A stretch of DNA of 64,000 nucleotides from Phoronis australis (lineage: Eukaryota; Animalia; Phoronida): contig NMRA01000369.1 in NCBI GenBank assembly GCA_002633005.1, forward strand, positions 147,885-211,884. The letters run 5' to 3'. Under the pieces are notes generated by a model. That model did not search any database. It saw only the letters and a list, made by a program, of their open reading frames with translations, and was not told the origin of the DNA. Positions 23,958 to 37,400 of this stretch are shown here, piece after piece. The position numbers and the translations under genes were made by a program. Within the stretch, counting starts at the first letter, position 1; each line of letters begins with the position of its first letter.

Positions 23958-26900
23958 GTGCACCAACTGTAAGCCAGCTGAGTACATAAAAGAACGACAG
24001 CTGTCGTGCCACTTTGTGTTGTTCTTGTCAATGTTCTGTTATACTATCTGGTTTCTTACGAATAACTGACAATCTAAGTTAAGGATCTCCACCAAACTAT
24101 CATGAAGAGTTTACACCACGGAACTATGATTTTGGAATGAATTGCCCCAAATTGTGGTTGGACATGTTGTTTATACAAATGCACTTTCTATAAGTGCGAC
24201 TTTTATTGCGGGTGAAATCACAGGAGAGCGAATGCCCGGTAGGTTCTGACACTGAGTCCATCAGACTCTCCCACCCTCCCTCCCTCCCTCCNTTGACAGG
24301 TGTATTTTTGGCACTAAAGGAAAATGCTTTGATATCAACAGAAATTTAAAATCTTTACGGGGGCACCGTAAAAAATATTCAGTGAGCAAACTGAATTTTG
24401 TTTAAGTAACAGAGAATCACTCTGAATGCAATTTAATCTGTTTTTTGTGTTCCAGGTAATGTCTATAGGAACGACTGACGCTAGTTATTCCCACAGGCCA
24501 AGTTCACCAAAGTTCAGCTCAAGGCGTGACTCGGCGTTCAAAGGGGCATGGAACGCGAAAACTCGTAAAATACCTTTTAAAATACTTTTTAAACAACTCA
24601 TAAGTCGTGGCGAATCTTTTTCTTCTTGGGGATGTTAACCTGAGAGTTATTCACCTTGAGTATTGTAAGAATTTTTTTTTGTAAAAATCGTCAAATTCAC
24701 CATTTTTGAAGCACACACAAAATAATAACTCTTTCATCCAATACAGTTTTTAAATTCTCCGCCCCTAACTATGAGCTAAAAGTTGTAGGACTGGCTACTC
24801 CATGAAATCGATATGGTTTTGTATACTTCAAATTGTCAAAGGTCGTATTTTCTAATGTAAGTGATATGTCCTTTTGTTTAGGTCTTGCCATACCAAATGA
24901 TGAGACGTGCTTTGTCGTGTGATAGAAAAATCACCAAAATGACGCGGTGCAGTTGAAAGATTTTTTTAGAAATTTGAAACTAAACGAAAAATGCTTTGAC
25001 ATCGAAAGAAATTCAAAATGCGTAAAAATACCCGGTAAAGAGTTTGACTTCTGTTTCAGTAGCAGAGAACCACTTTGAATAATGCAATTTAGTCTCTTTT
25101 CCATTAAACTTTAAGAAGTTTGTTCCGAAGAAATAACGAACTATCAGTTGTTTCTAAGTTCAACCACTAATGACGAATTGAGATCAATTTCAATTACTGC
25201 ATGTAGGTGACCTAATTTAAAACTTGCTTTTAGACAGAAAACACGAAACAGTTTAATTAATGCCACTTTAAGAAATTGTCACCACAAAGTAGTTGGACAG
25301 AAACCACAAAAATATCAAATATCTTTAATCTTAAAAGACAGCACAATAATTATTACCAATTCTTGGACATATGTTGCACGCATCTTTGTATTTGAGCAAT
25401 GGAACGGATCCTCTACATGAAGCCATTGTTTACTGTGCCTGTTGCAAAAGGAAGGAATAATTACTTCCGACGAGCACATTTGTTGTTCTTCGGTGCAATT
25501 TCGTGTCGTTGTTTTGCAGCAATTTTTTTTCCGCTTTCCTAAATCGATGCTAATCTCCATAACTATCATCGAAACGATTAGCACCTTGTTACAAGCCAAT
25601 TTCTATCGCGTGGTCATGTAACTGAAGCAACTCTTAACTTAGAGATCGTTAGTCTCCGCGTAGGCGGAGTAAGGTTGCCCATGGCAGGTTGCCCCCCCCC
25701 CCTTCCTCAGCAAAAAACAACACCTTTTAATTGCTCAATCGCAAACGTCCATCGAAAACTGTGGTCATCCCCCGCAGATCCGCCAATGTCACTGTAGTGG
25801 CAAACGAGTAAAAGAAGAAAAATGTAACAGAGCACATGTATTAATTAAGAGTTTCCCGCCAGTATATGACGCCCATTTCTGCAAAAGTGCATTCTTCGAT
25901 AACGCCTACGGAAAAGTCCCCAAGCCCTCGTGACTGGGTTGTATGCAGAGAATCATACATTTTCTTTGCTTCTGCTAGGTTTGAAAGTGGAGAGATCCAT
26001 GTTATCATTCCGCATCATCCTTCAAAAAAATCAGCTTTTGAAATGCGTTTCTAAGCTCGCGTTCAGTTCAAAAAGCGAACCATTTAACGCTACAGGTGGC
26101 ACTGAATAGTTAGGCTGCGGCCGCGGCCAATTTGCACTGCCAAAATATTAAATTTTTGGGGTAGGCCACGTTTGGGGGCATTTTGTAGGTGGGCATTGCA
26201 TGTAGGTCCAGTGAATGTGGTTTGTTTGCATTTGTGAACATGCTGAGAATGAAAAAGGCCACTTTCTCGGTTGTAGCTGCCCTCTTCTTCAAGATGGCGG
26301 CCCCCGGTGGCAATTGTGCATTGCTGAGTAGTGACTGAGAAATTGGCTGCAATTTTAAGTAGCCCTCAAACGAGCCAGAATTTCCAAAAAACTAGTTGGT
26401 TGACAGTACTTTTGGACTACATTTTCGGAATCTGTAGGAAATTGGCTTTCAGAATCTATTGTTGGTTTTAGTCGTGCATTGGCAAGGAAGTGGTGTTTTT
26501 GGGGTGAAAAGTGCCCCTATTTTTCTTAGTCTAGCTTGGTTTTCAGTGGGATTGAAAGGGTCAAAAATACAAGAGAGGATAAAGTTTCTGCGCTCATCTG
26601 CAGGGCTTTTTATGTGAAATAACTGAAAACATGTCATTCTTTGCATCCTGTTTTTGACAAAGTGAAGAAAAGGTGACAAATCAAGTGACGTGGGTTTTGC
26701 TGGGCAAAACCAAGTGAGAACTGTTCTGTGCCTCCACAGAACTGGGTATCACTGAGGACTGACTTCTGGGTTTGTAAGTAAGTGGCACTGCCTTATTCCT
26801 TGAGATCATGCACGGCTCAAACAACGATAGACGTGATAATCGTAAGCTAACTTATAGAACATGGTCTCAAGCATTTAACGACTAGCAACGTCTTTTGAAG

Positions 26901-28415
26901 ACCAAAAATAATCTTTATTTCATAACCGTAAGTACATGTAGTCTAAAACAAAAATTGTTTTCGTGACTGAAGGCGTGTTTGTAGCCGTTTTGCCTTCATT
27001 GCTGCTGACGACAATGGTTGCGTAGTTCACGCCACTCAGGTAAATATCCGAAATCCCAGAGTGCACTCGACAATAGTTTTTCACAGGGTGCGACTAGAAA
27101 ATTTTCATTTCTATCCATTCAGATTGTGGACTCGAAAAAAGAACCCATTTGTAGGAATCTTGCGTGAAAAGTCACCCAATTTCGCAGGGATTTGATCCAA
27201 AAAACACCACCCTGTGGTGTGGCCTTCTATAAACCTAACCCTTTAGTAGGCATTTTTGGACGGTTAAAATTTTAACCCATTAAGCTTGAAACAGTACAAG
27301 ACGTGCCATGCTGTCAAAAGTGAATAAATCTTGTGCGACAACATTTTCAAAAATGCAGATAACTAAGCTTTTGTAGTTGGAAAACGGAGCCTATTATCAG
27401 ATAGTTTTGACCACCAAAAGCGGTGCCTTTTTGAGTAACAATCTGTCAAACTAGGCCCGAGCCCTTCTATATAGAATTTTGTGAGAAAGGACAGTTTGCG
27501 GCAAGGAAACTGATTTTGAAGAAATTGTCGTTTTGATCTACGAGTCTCTTATGCCTCTTTCTCAGGTCAGTTACCCTCAAATCCGAAATATTTGTCTCAG
27601 ATCACTCAAACTTTGCTTCAGAATTTTCTTTCTCCTGCACGTGTGCTTCTTTGTGAGGTCCTAGATATTTTTAGATGAGCATTCTGTTTTCTGAAAAACT
27701 CTTGTGTTGTGTAAATACCTGAATTCGGTGCACAAAGTCGTAACTTGGCGTTTTTTACAAGTCTAAACAGATATTTACGACCAGTCGTAAGTTTTGGTTA
27801 CCTCAGTTTAGAAGACGTGAAAAACATCATGAAGTGTTGACATTTTAGTGAAACAAGCCCTGGCTGACGCATGACGTCAAAAGCGTTGTTTCTATTACTG
27901 CAAACACAGAAATGCACTACATGTCTATGTTGTTATTTTATGCATTTGGGGACTTTGCAGATATAGGTACACATGTTTTTCTCAAGTATACGGGACAACG
28001 GAAGTGACGGGCTTGAAAAGATCAATGAAATCTGGTATGTACATGCGTCATGTAGATATTGTTGACCAGTGCTGTCGACATCATGCCATGACCTGCAAAC
28101 TTAAGACAAGTACATGAAGTGCTAGTTGTATGTGACGACCACAAAGCGCTTTGATTGTTGACAAGTGAGCATTTAGACTAACAAAGTTCATGATCGAATG
28201 CGCGTTTTGTCCGCATTCACATCGATCCTTGAGAATGAGTGCTGTGCCAAAACATCCTCTTGAAGCCTCGGCTGTCAAAGCTTTCCGCACACCACTGAAC
28301 GACTCAATCAAGCACTCCAGGCCCGTAGCCAGGAGGGGGTCTGGGGGTTCGATCAAACCTCCTTCGCGGAAAAGGTCCAGCCCCAGCTATCCGTTAGAGA
28401 TAGGGTATAGATGGA

Positions 28416-28463
28416 CAACAACAACAGCAACAACAACAACAGCAACAACAACAACAACAACAA
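28416..28463 (+). repeat. (CAA/CAG)n microsatellite
   Basis: caacaacaacagcaacaacaacaacagcaacaacaacaacaacaacaa. Confidence 0.95.
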
Positions 28464-28968
28464 AATTGTTGCAGCTACTGGTAGTACTAACTATAATTAT
28501 AACTAAGTTAGACGAATTTGTTTCTGGTCAACGATACATTATAGGATAACAAGGGAGTCTAGAAGCAACTGTCTATAACTAGTTAAGCTTTAAAATAGTG
28601 AAATAGCTCTCGAAAAGTAGTGTGGCGTGAATGTCTAAAAACCGACCAAGAAACAATGACAGCAGAAAATATGTTATCTGCTATTTTGGTGTACTTGCTA
28701 GCATAGTGGGGTATGATGCAGGGATTTCAAATTTCTAATTGAAGGTGATCGTCAAATGATTGTTGTTCATCCAGTGTCCACTTTCATGGTGGATTGATGG
28801 GTTGAAATGCATGTGCGTGTACACGTGTGTGCGTTTTCACTCTTTTAAATCCCGTACATGCCGACGGTAAGTTCACTATAGGCAGTCTTCAGTCGTTGCT
28901 CAATCAAAAACCAGACACTTACTACCGTATGTTCTTGTACTGGGGAAACGAGCATGTTCACAGTATTA

Positions 28969-29570
28969 CAGTGGCGGATCTAGGATATCACAAGGGGGGC
29001 CCAACATTTTGTCCGGCTGTAAACATTTGCGCAAACTGAACCACGATTGTAGACGCGCATAGCACCGAATGGGGGGAGGTCGGGAGGGGGGTTTGCCTCT
29101 ATCCCGCCCAGGAAATTTTTCTGTTTCTACCTCTAAAAATCAAGCATTTTCCTTGATTCCTGATGTATTATCCAAGAAAAAAAGGAGAATATGTCAAACA
29201 GGAAAAACTGCAAGTACCAAAGACTCGAACTCACGACCTTGCGCGTAGTGTGCACGTGCGTTACCACTACACCACCACGATTTAACTACTAATCGCATAC
29301 TAAGTCTAACTAAGAGATCTACTTGTTTATGGTCCACAGCGTTTGCTTCTTTTTAGTGTAATGCTTATTACACGTTTTGTGCCATCGATTCTTAACAAAT
29401 TTGTCGTATAGTTTAAAATAGTCTTTAAATGCCCAAAAGGTCAAATCCGTTTTCGTGTTGGCAATAATGACGGGATTGCTTTGGAAATCGTCTTAACATA
29501 AGGTTTGACAAAGAGAGCATTGCGAGTTTCTGAGTGATTCACTAAGGCTTCGATTAAAATTCACATCTTA
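28969..29570 (-). mobile_element. hAT-like MITE (long form), second copy, running into the assembly gap
   Basis: Starts CAGTGGCGGATCTAGGATATCACAAGGGG and aligns closely with 62821-63423. Left flank is TATTA. Confidence 0.85.
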
Positions 29571-30371
29571 NNNNNNNNNNNNNNNNNNNNNNNNNNNNNN
29601 NNNNNNNNNNNNNNNNNNNNNNNNNNNNNNNNNNNNNNNNNNNNNNNNNNNNNNNNNNNNNNNNNNNNNNNNNNNNNNNNNNNNNNNNNNNNNNNNNNNN
29701 NNNNNNNNNNNNNNNNNNNNNNNNNNNNNNNNNNNNNNNNNNNNNNNNNNNNNNNNNNNNNNNNNNNNNNNNNNNNNNNNNNNNNNNNNNNNNNNNNNNN
29801 NNNNNNNNNNNNNNNNNNNNNNNNNNNNNNNNNNNNNNNNNNNNNNNNNNNNNNNNNNNNNNNNNNNNNNNNNNNNNNNNNNNNNNNNNNNNNNNNNNNN
29901 NNNNNNNNNNNNNNNNNNNNNNNNNNNNNNNNNNNNNNNNNNNNNNNNNNNNNNNNNNNNNNNNNNNNNNNNNNNNNNNNNNNNNNNNNNNNNNNNNNNN
30001 NNNNNNNNNNNNNNNNNNNNNNNNNNNNNNNNNNNNNNNNNNNNNNNNNNNNNNNNNNNNNNNNNNNNNNNNNNNNNNNNNNNNNNNNNNNNNNNNNNNN
30101 NNNNNNNNNNNNNNNNNNNNNNNNNNNNNNNNNNNNNNNNNNNNNNNNNNNNNNNNNNNNNNNNNNNNNNNNNNNNNNNNNNNNNNNNNNNNNNNNNNNN
30201 NNNNNNNNNNNNNNNNNNNNNNNNNNNNNNNNNNNNNNNNNNNNNNNNNNNNNNNNNNNNNNNNNNNNNNNNNNNNNNNNNNNNNNNNNNNNNNNNNNNN
30301 NNNNNNNNNNNNNNNNNNNNNNNNNNNNNNNNNNNNNNNNNNNNNNNNNNNNNNNNNNNNNNNNNNNNNNN
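29571..30371. other. Assembly gap (Ns)
   Basis: Continuous run of N. Confidence 1.
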
Positions 30372-31902
30372 CCCCCCCCCCTAAAATTCTACCAGATCCC
30401 ATTTGTGAGTTCGGGTACGAATTGTTGGGGGTGAATAAACAACGCATAGGCCCTGAATAAACTCCGTTTTCCGTTTTTTTTTCTTTTTTTAGTCAACAGG
30501 TCCGGAAACCCAAGAATTCGAGACCCCTGCATCCCCCAGAATTTAGGCTGGGCAAGCGCATCCGCCTAAATGCTCCTTATTCCTGTGCCCTGGCCCCCCC
30601 TAACTCAAAATAATGGATCCGCCCCTGGTTTCTCTGGCAATTAAGTTGATACCAGTACTTAAATTTGATCAGTTGTTGGGAATCTCCGTGCCTTAAAAGT
30701 GATTTCTCTTCAAATTGTAAGCAAAAGCAATGCAAAGCCTTCAAATTCGCCTACGACTGTGTACAGCAAACGGTGTGTGATAGATCGATGATGTTTATTA
30801 CTATCAGGATAAAAAAGGTCATTATTTGGCCCTGACTACATCAAATCCGTCCGAATATGGAAAGGCGTCGCCATGTCTCTAAAATCGTGAGAGCTAAGTG
30901 CAGAACTCTACGAAATACCCAAGACACAAAGGATTTAATGTAAAAAATCAAGTTGCCACTAGGCGGCACAGCGGTAGTCGAATCCGTCTGAAAGAAGGCG
31001 CCATTTAGCTGTTGTCAAGTTCATAGGAATGCACTCGCCAAACTTTACAAAAATCCTGCACGGTGTTTAGGAACTTAAACAGCCACAGGTGCAAACAATA
31101 CAACTCGGGGGGTGTCACAGTAGTTGGTCCCGTCCGAAAAATCGATTTCAGTCTTGGTCTTGTCAGTCATCCAGAAACACGTCTGGGAGTATAAGATCAA
31201 GGAGTGTAATACTACTACACTCCTTGATAAGATCCTCAAGCTGTTTGACGTATCCAGAGGTGAACGACATAACAGAACGACCACTAGACGTCGCAGAATG
31301 CATCGCAATCGTCCGGTAATAGAAAGGTGCTTTTGTCACCATACCAGAGACCTGTCAAATTTCATGAAAAATAGTCAAAGAACTCTGAAAATACACAGGC
31401 AAATGTAAAAACTTGAATTGCCACAAAGGGTCACAGCGGAGGTCAGATCAGTCCAAAAGTAGCGGTCGTTTGTTCATATATTTATAGGAAAACATTAGCC
31501 AGAATTCGTCAATCAAAGGTCCTCCTAAAAAGAGTTAAAACTGCATTTCGACCTTGTTTGTCTGTCAATGTTGAATCCTTCATCGAAAGGCATTGGGCCT
31601 TTAAAAACCTCACCGTGCTCATCCGATCTTCCATTATTGGCGAATGAACTGGCAACTCAAGTCGCAGCAATGCATACAAACGCCATCTACGAATCCGCAA
31701 TTTTTGGGTTGACCAAATTCAATAACTCTGAATCGTTTTCTTGAGTCGCTACTGATTTCGACGTTGTTGTTGGTTTCGGAAATAGTCTATCACTGTAAGG
31801 AATATGATGAGACCGGCTTCATGAGGGTAAAATACTTAGTATAACAGTCGTTTTTTCGTTTTTTTAAGTCAGCTAAACAGGGAGAAATGCAACTTTAAGG
31901 AA

Positions 31903-31972
31903 ATATATCCTCAGTGGAAAGCGCGCTGGACTGACAACCGAAAGGTCCCATGCAGGTTCAAACCCCGCTGTC
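31903..31972 (+). mobile_element. tRNA-derived SINE head / tRNA pseudogene
   Basis: A-box-like TCCTCAGTGG, anticodon-arm-like GGACTGACAACC and B-box GGTTCAAACC. No intact acceptor stem. Confidence 0.5.
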
Positions 31973-33395
31973 TACGAGGAATGAATGATCCAAATGCCCA
32001 CCATGGACCGCGAGCTCATTCTTCAACCAAAGTATACGCTAGCTGTAGCACTTGAACAAGGTCTGGAAAATGACGGATGGAGATGGAATATGATTAAAAA
32101 GGCATATCCACGACATGTTTCATTAGTTGGATCGCTTATGAAGCGGAAGTCTGCACTTAGTCAAACCCACAATTCAACATTCCAAGTAAGACACTCTCAT
32201 CACAGAGCTACGAAAGGTAGCCTGACTGTAGAATTTGTTTATCATGGCTTCTCATTGGTTAAAGTAATGAAACCGACGTCATAACATTCAGTCATTCCCA
32301 TTGGTTGAAATCCGGAAAACCCCTCGCAGTTTACCTTTACGTAGGCCTAATATGGCGACCACTTTTGACTTGAATAGTTGCAACGGGCGGTGATCGAAGT
32401 AAACAAAATCAAGGACCCTCGATCCAGTGACCTAAGCCCAAACAAGTTCAGTGCATTGAAGGCGAGTGCAAGTGGTGGCGATGTGATCGATAAACGTCCA
32501 ACCAATCATGCGCATTGATGCCCACATAGAATTCCGTGTGTCGTCATCATGTTTCCACAGGGCCACCTTTCTGTATAAGTGGCGCTGTGTCAGAGGGTAC
32601 ACTCCGGCCTAGTCTCCTGCACGTCAGCGTGTGAGGCCCGGGAACCAGGTTAGGTACACTTCCTGCAGTGGTCGGCCATTAATTTTCAGTTGCTAGGACA
32701 TGCTAGCAAGCTCCCGCGTATATTGCGAAACGCGTGCCTTTTCTCACAAGGTCTTGCGAGATCTATTCTCGCACAAACCATGTGTACTAAACGCTGTCTT
32801 GGAGTTTGCTTCAGCAAATCGATCCGCAGATACATGTGCCGAATGAACTGAGACTGGCATGAATGACGACTATGCTACGGTAATTTTATTAATGGGTCTG
32901 CATGCAGCAATCGTTTGCTTCTCACAAGACCCATTTTGATAATCATTTTTGCTCTGTTATCCAGTTACAGTGATATATGAACAACTAACACACGGTAGAG
33001 AATAATGTTTGATGCTACAAAGCACTACTGCCGTATTTGGTTTGCGCTCATTCGCTTGTGTGACTTTGCAACGTCAGGGTGTCCTAACTTCTCTTGTCCA
33101 CACTACCGATTGAACTACATTAAAAATGACTGGGGGATATTTTGGGAGGTAATTAAACGGTTTCCATAGGAAAATTACAACCACCGTTCAGGGAGATTCT
33201 CCGCAGCGTAAAACTGCACAGCCGAGAGAGATCACGTGGCTAGTCAACGATCACATGGCGTCGCCCACTGCGCAGGGGATTGGTCGAGCTTGTGGTAGAT
33301 AAAATGACTGCAAATATCTCGTTAGCACAGACGTCTCGGGAAACGCAGCAGCCAATAGTATCTGAAGAAAAGAATTGTATTGTTATCGCCGCAAT

Positions 33396-33470
33396 ATGAA
33401 TTCACTACTTTGTTTCATTATTAACGTTCTCTGCATTCAGTTTGGTTGGACTCGAACTTTCCCATTCACA
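33396..33470 (+). CDS. CRHBP: CRH-binding protein exon 1 (signal peptide MNSLLCFIINVLCIQFGWTRTFPFT)
   Basis: Hydrophobic signal-peptide-like exon with a consensus donor ACA|GTAAGT, downstream of E-box and CCAAT motifs (33230-33360). Phase is compatible with the exon at 38279. Confidence 0.65.
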
Positions 33471-36400
33471 GTAAGTATACGTAGTAAGAGAATGTAGTTA
33501 AGATTAATAACGGCAGCAGCAATAGTATATTAAATTTTTTGAAATAAAAAATTACGCATTACGTCATGCTGGCGATTTTGGTTGAATCGTCTTGTTTATG
33601 CTTATCTTTGAAGTTATTATTTATGAAGAAGTAAACAGCGATCCACTGAGCTCTTAGCAACATGGTTATTGAAAATGAGATGCAAACTGTGTGATGAGTT
33701 CCATTATTCTCCTGCACATGCGCCGATATTTGTGACTTGTTACCAATTCGGCTGGCCCTTTTGCTGGATTCCTGGGTTGAGTTGAACAGACCGCAAAGGA
33801 TTAGCTTGCACCCGCGGCGAAAAATTGTCACCAGTAAAACGAAAACACTGAAGTCATTCTCGTAATTCAACACTCGAAACTCGCTGACAAATCTCTTCAA
33901 TCGCCGCTTTTTTTGTTAGGACAGCCTAGTATGCTCCCGCACATACTTGCGAAACACACGCTTTTCAGGTATACGGAACGCTCTCCCAATCCTTAGCAAT
34001 TATCGCAGTCCACGGTCGTCATCGATTTCATCAATTCTTCCCTCCGGTCGTCACTGAACATCCTGGACCTGGCTGAGGAAGACATCAGTTTTCTTTCATC
34101 TTGCCTGTTAGCAGTAGGATCTTCTTCATGAAAGTGGCTTGATCTTACGCTCTCACTTCGCAATTGCTGGAAAGGGCGTAACCAAATTTTATTATGACCG
34201 CATCACAATCTAAAATTAGTTTATAGAAGTTATCTCAGTTACTACCATATTCTCAGAGACATTGCTTTTTTGCTTAAGTGAAATTTGATTAATTTTCAGA
34301 ACTAGCTGTGTGGAGCGTAAGACCAAATTTCTGACGTTATTCTTAGCCACGCCCCTTGCTTCATTGTGTCGTTGTTTGCGCTTTTTAACCAACAATTCAA
34401 TTACTAAGTAACTAATTTTTGAATGATCACTTTGACCAACAATACTGTGTGCATGGTAACTTTGCATTGAGTCTTATAAAACTCTCTCAAACCACGTCTT
34501 GTGCTTCTTTCGAAATCTATTTTGTTCGCTGTCAATATCATGCGTCAGTACTCCTTCGTCTATAGTCAAGCATATAAATTTAGATGACTGTATAATACGT
34601 TTCATTAACCAGATACTATTTCAGATCTCTTTTGGTATTAAGAAAGCTCATGCCAAACTATAAGACTTGTTATAGACATTAAGACTGGCAATTGAAAGTG
34701 ATTGATACACGTTGTCTCTTTTAAAAGACACAAATTTTCGTGTTTAACACGAAAATATTTTCGTGTTTTATCACGATTTTTTTTCGCGTTTAACACGAAT
34801 ATTTGACTGATTGAATCTTTTCCTGCTTTTGGCGGCGCTAATTATGTAAACTAATATAAGCTTGAGAGGATTTTTTTCACTTTTGTTTGTGGTTTACAAA
34901 AATCGTGAACCGTATTATAAAACGCAGAGTTATTGATTTTTACTCTTGGTCATTATGTCGTTTTTCAGACCCATGTGAACATAAATACCATTCTGATCCA
35001 TCATAACACATTTGTAGCAAATTCATCACTAGGTTGCTCTTGGAATGAATAGGAACAAAAGCGAACATTAACTGCGAGGGAAATTTCAATGAATGTTAAA
35101 CTTCCACAAAATTCATGGAATAACGCCTCATATAGCAAATTTGTCACTTAACGCTGTTTACAAGGGAAAAGAAGTACCTTGAAATATAAGGAAAGTGCTA
35201 TTGTATCGCTACAGTGCTTAGCAGCTGAGTACTTTTGACCATCACAGATGACGAGGGAGGAGTGGTAAAATAAATGTCCTTGCACGCAATTCACATAAAA
35301 AGAAAACATGCAGGCACGTACGCACACAGTTTAGTTAAGGTTACCCTGCCCAAACGAATTGCTCAGTCACTGTGATTGTTTGCATGGCAGTTGTACTACT
35401 GCATTGTGTGGGTTTACATATGAATTGAAGAGTGAGCCATTATCACATTCAGTCTTGTACCATAGAACTCTAGGAGCGGAATGCCAACTCCAGTCTCGCG
35501 CCCCCCGAGGTTGTGCCGCGCATGCGTGAGAGTTGCTTGCATTTGTTTGTTCCGGTGTGTGTACTTGCTATGGAATTTACTGTCATTTAAACTTTTGGCA
35601 ACTCCGCCATTTTCTTTACCGAATTGCATAAGAGCCATATCATTAGAAAGCCCTTTGTCACTTCTTGATGATAATACAGAAGCAAAAGATTAATAATTTA
35701 ATTCACAAGTAATTATCAGTTCGCATACCTGACTGAATATTTTTCAATTCTAAAGCCCAAGAGTCACACTAAATGCGAAAAATAACAGCACGTAACCGTA
35801 AAATAAAAACTAAATGAATAGTTAAGCCATTAGGCAAATAATTTCTATGATTCAAAAGATTTCTACTCTATAAAGATAGAAGTTTTAGAATATTGATCTT
35901 CACACTTCCTTTGGATAATTTAGTCATGAATTCTTTCAAAATTATACATCTTTATGTATTATAATTAAATGGACCTTTGCTGCCGTTTGATACAATTACA
36001 TTCTTCACTAAAAATTCAGAATGAGTGATATTTACGAAAAATGCAATAAACTACTCCAAGTATTTTCCCGAAATTTGCAGATAAAGGTTTTCTGATAGAT
36101 GAAAAGGAGGCAAACGTCTATCACGTAGCTTTCAAATGTACTTTGGATAGCTCATCACATTGGTTGCTGTGCAGCACATTCCATAAAAGTTTTGAAATAA
36201 ACTACTTCTTCAGAAAGTAAAAGTTAGTGTTCCTGATACGTGTAGTGTATGTTGTTGTAAACAAGAGACGTTGGAACCCATTTTTACGATTGCTACGTTA
36301 CTAAAGAAAGTGGACTCTGGAAAATAACAACATTCATAAAAAGAGATAATATTACTTTGAACACTTGTTGCATTTTCTAATCAAACATAATACTTTTTAC

Positions 36401-37113
36401 AAACATCTGAAAATGAAGAGAAAACATTCATACCCACATACATACGCCCATGCAAACTCATGGTGGGGGTCATTTACAACTCAAAAATAAACTGCCTGAA
36501 AGTAAAAGTGCCACAGGGTCCCATCTGTTATTAAAATCTTCAAATTTTAGACTATTGTAAAATAAATATTTTTTAACTTTGAAATACTCAAAGACGCTGT
36601 CGATAAAATGAAATTTTCCTAGACATACAATTAGATTAATTATTTTGTGTCCTTCAATCTTTCCAAAATATGAATCTAAATTTGAAAGCTATAACGAGCA
36701 TCCGGTTTTGTTTATCGTCCAATCGTCAACTGATATCGAAAAGACTTTGTTAAATCCCAGTTCCAACACAGATGGGTAATGTCCTCTGCAATTTTTTACA
36801 AAATGTAAATAGAACTATATCTTACATCCAATCTTACGTAAAAATAAGTTTGTTGATGTTAACCGATGTACGAAACTAATTTGAAGCCATCTCAATCTAG
36901 TATTACTGGTAAATTACAAAAAATAAGTATACGGCTTTTTCCACCAATCAGGAGATGCATCAGCACGAAGGTTAGATTCCCACTTATATTCGTGTTTTGT
37001 CTGTGTATAGATTTGATATTATGTTTATTTTTGCTAAACTTATCCGTACAACTTGCATATTTTATAGGCTAATATTAAAAGACATTACCTGTGATCCTTT
37101 TTTCAAATTACAA

Positions 37114-37400
37114 TTAACAAATTATTATTTAAAATGACTTATTCTTATTAAAATCACATAGGCAAAAAATTGAATTTCGGGCCTCAAAAGCGAGTACCTA
37201 TATTAATATAGGTGACCGCGCCGTAAGGCGGTCGAAAAGCGGGAGCGCTCCATATTAATTTAGAGGGGACCCGCTCTCCGCCTGCCTTTCAGCGAGGCTT
37301 CTATATTAATATAGGAAACCTCGCTTTTTACGCCCGAAATTCAATTTCTGCCTATGCCATTTTAATAAAAAAATAAGTCATTTAAAATGATAAGCTGTTA
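37114..37400. mobile_element. Palindromic foldback MITE (~290 bp, ~100-bp arms)
   Basis: AAATGACTTATT..CATAGGCA..AATTGAATTTCGGGC..AAAAGCGAG..CTATATTAATATAG is mirrored at 37301-37400. Confidence 0.85.

Noticed and set aside
29554-30447. 297-aa ORF
   Set aside because: Artefact of translating the N gap.
31903-31972. Functional tRNA gene (also the B-box fragment at 46452-46480)
   Set aside because: No complete cloverleaf or acceptor stem; more consistent with SINE-derived fragments.
33900-34060. PHD-finger-like fragment (VDCDNC) of a LINE ORF1 on the minus strand
   Set aside because: Single CxxC with stops; insufficient evidence.
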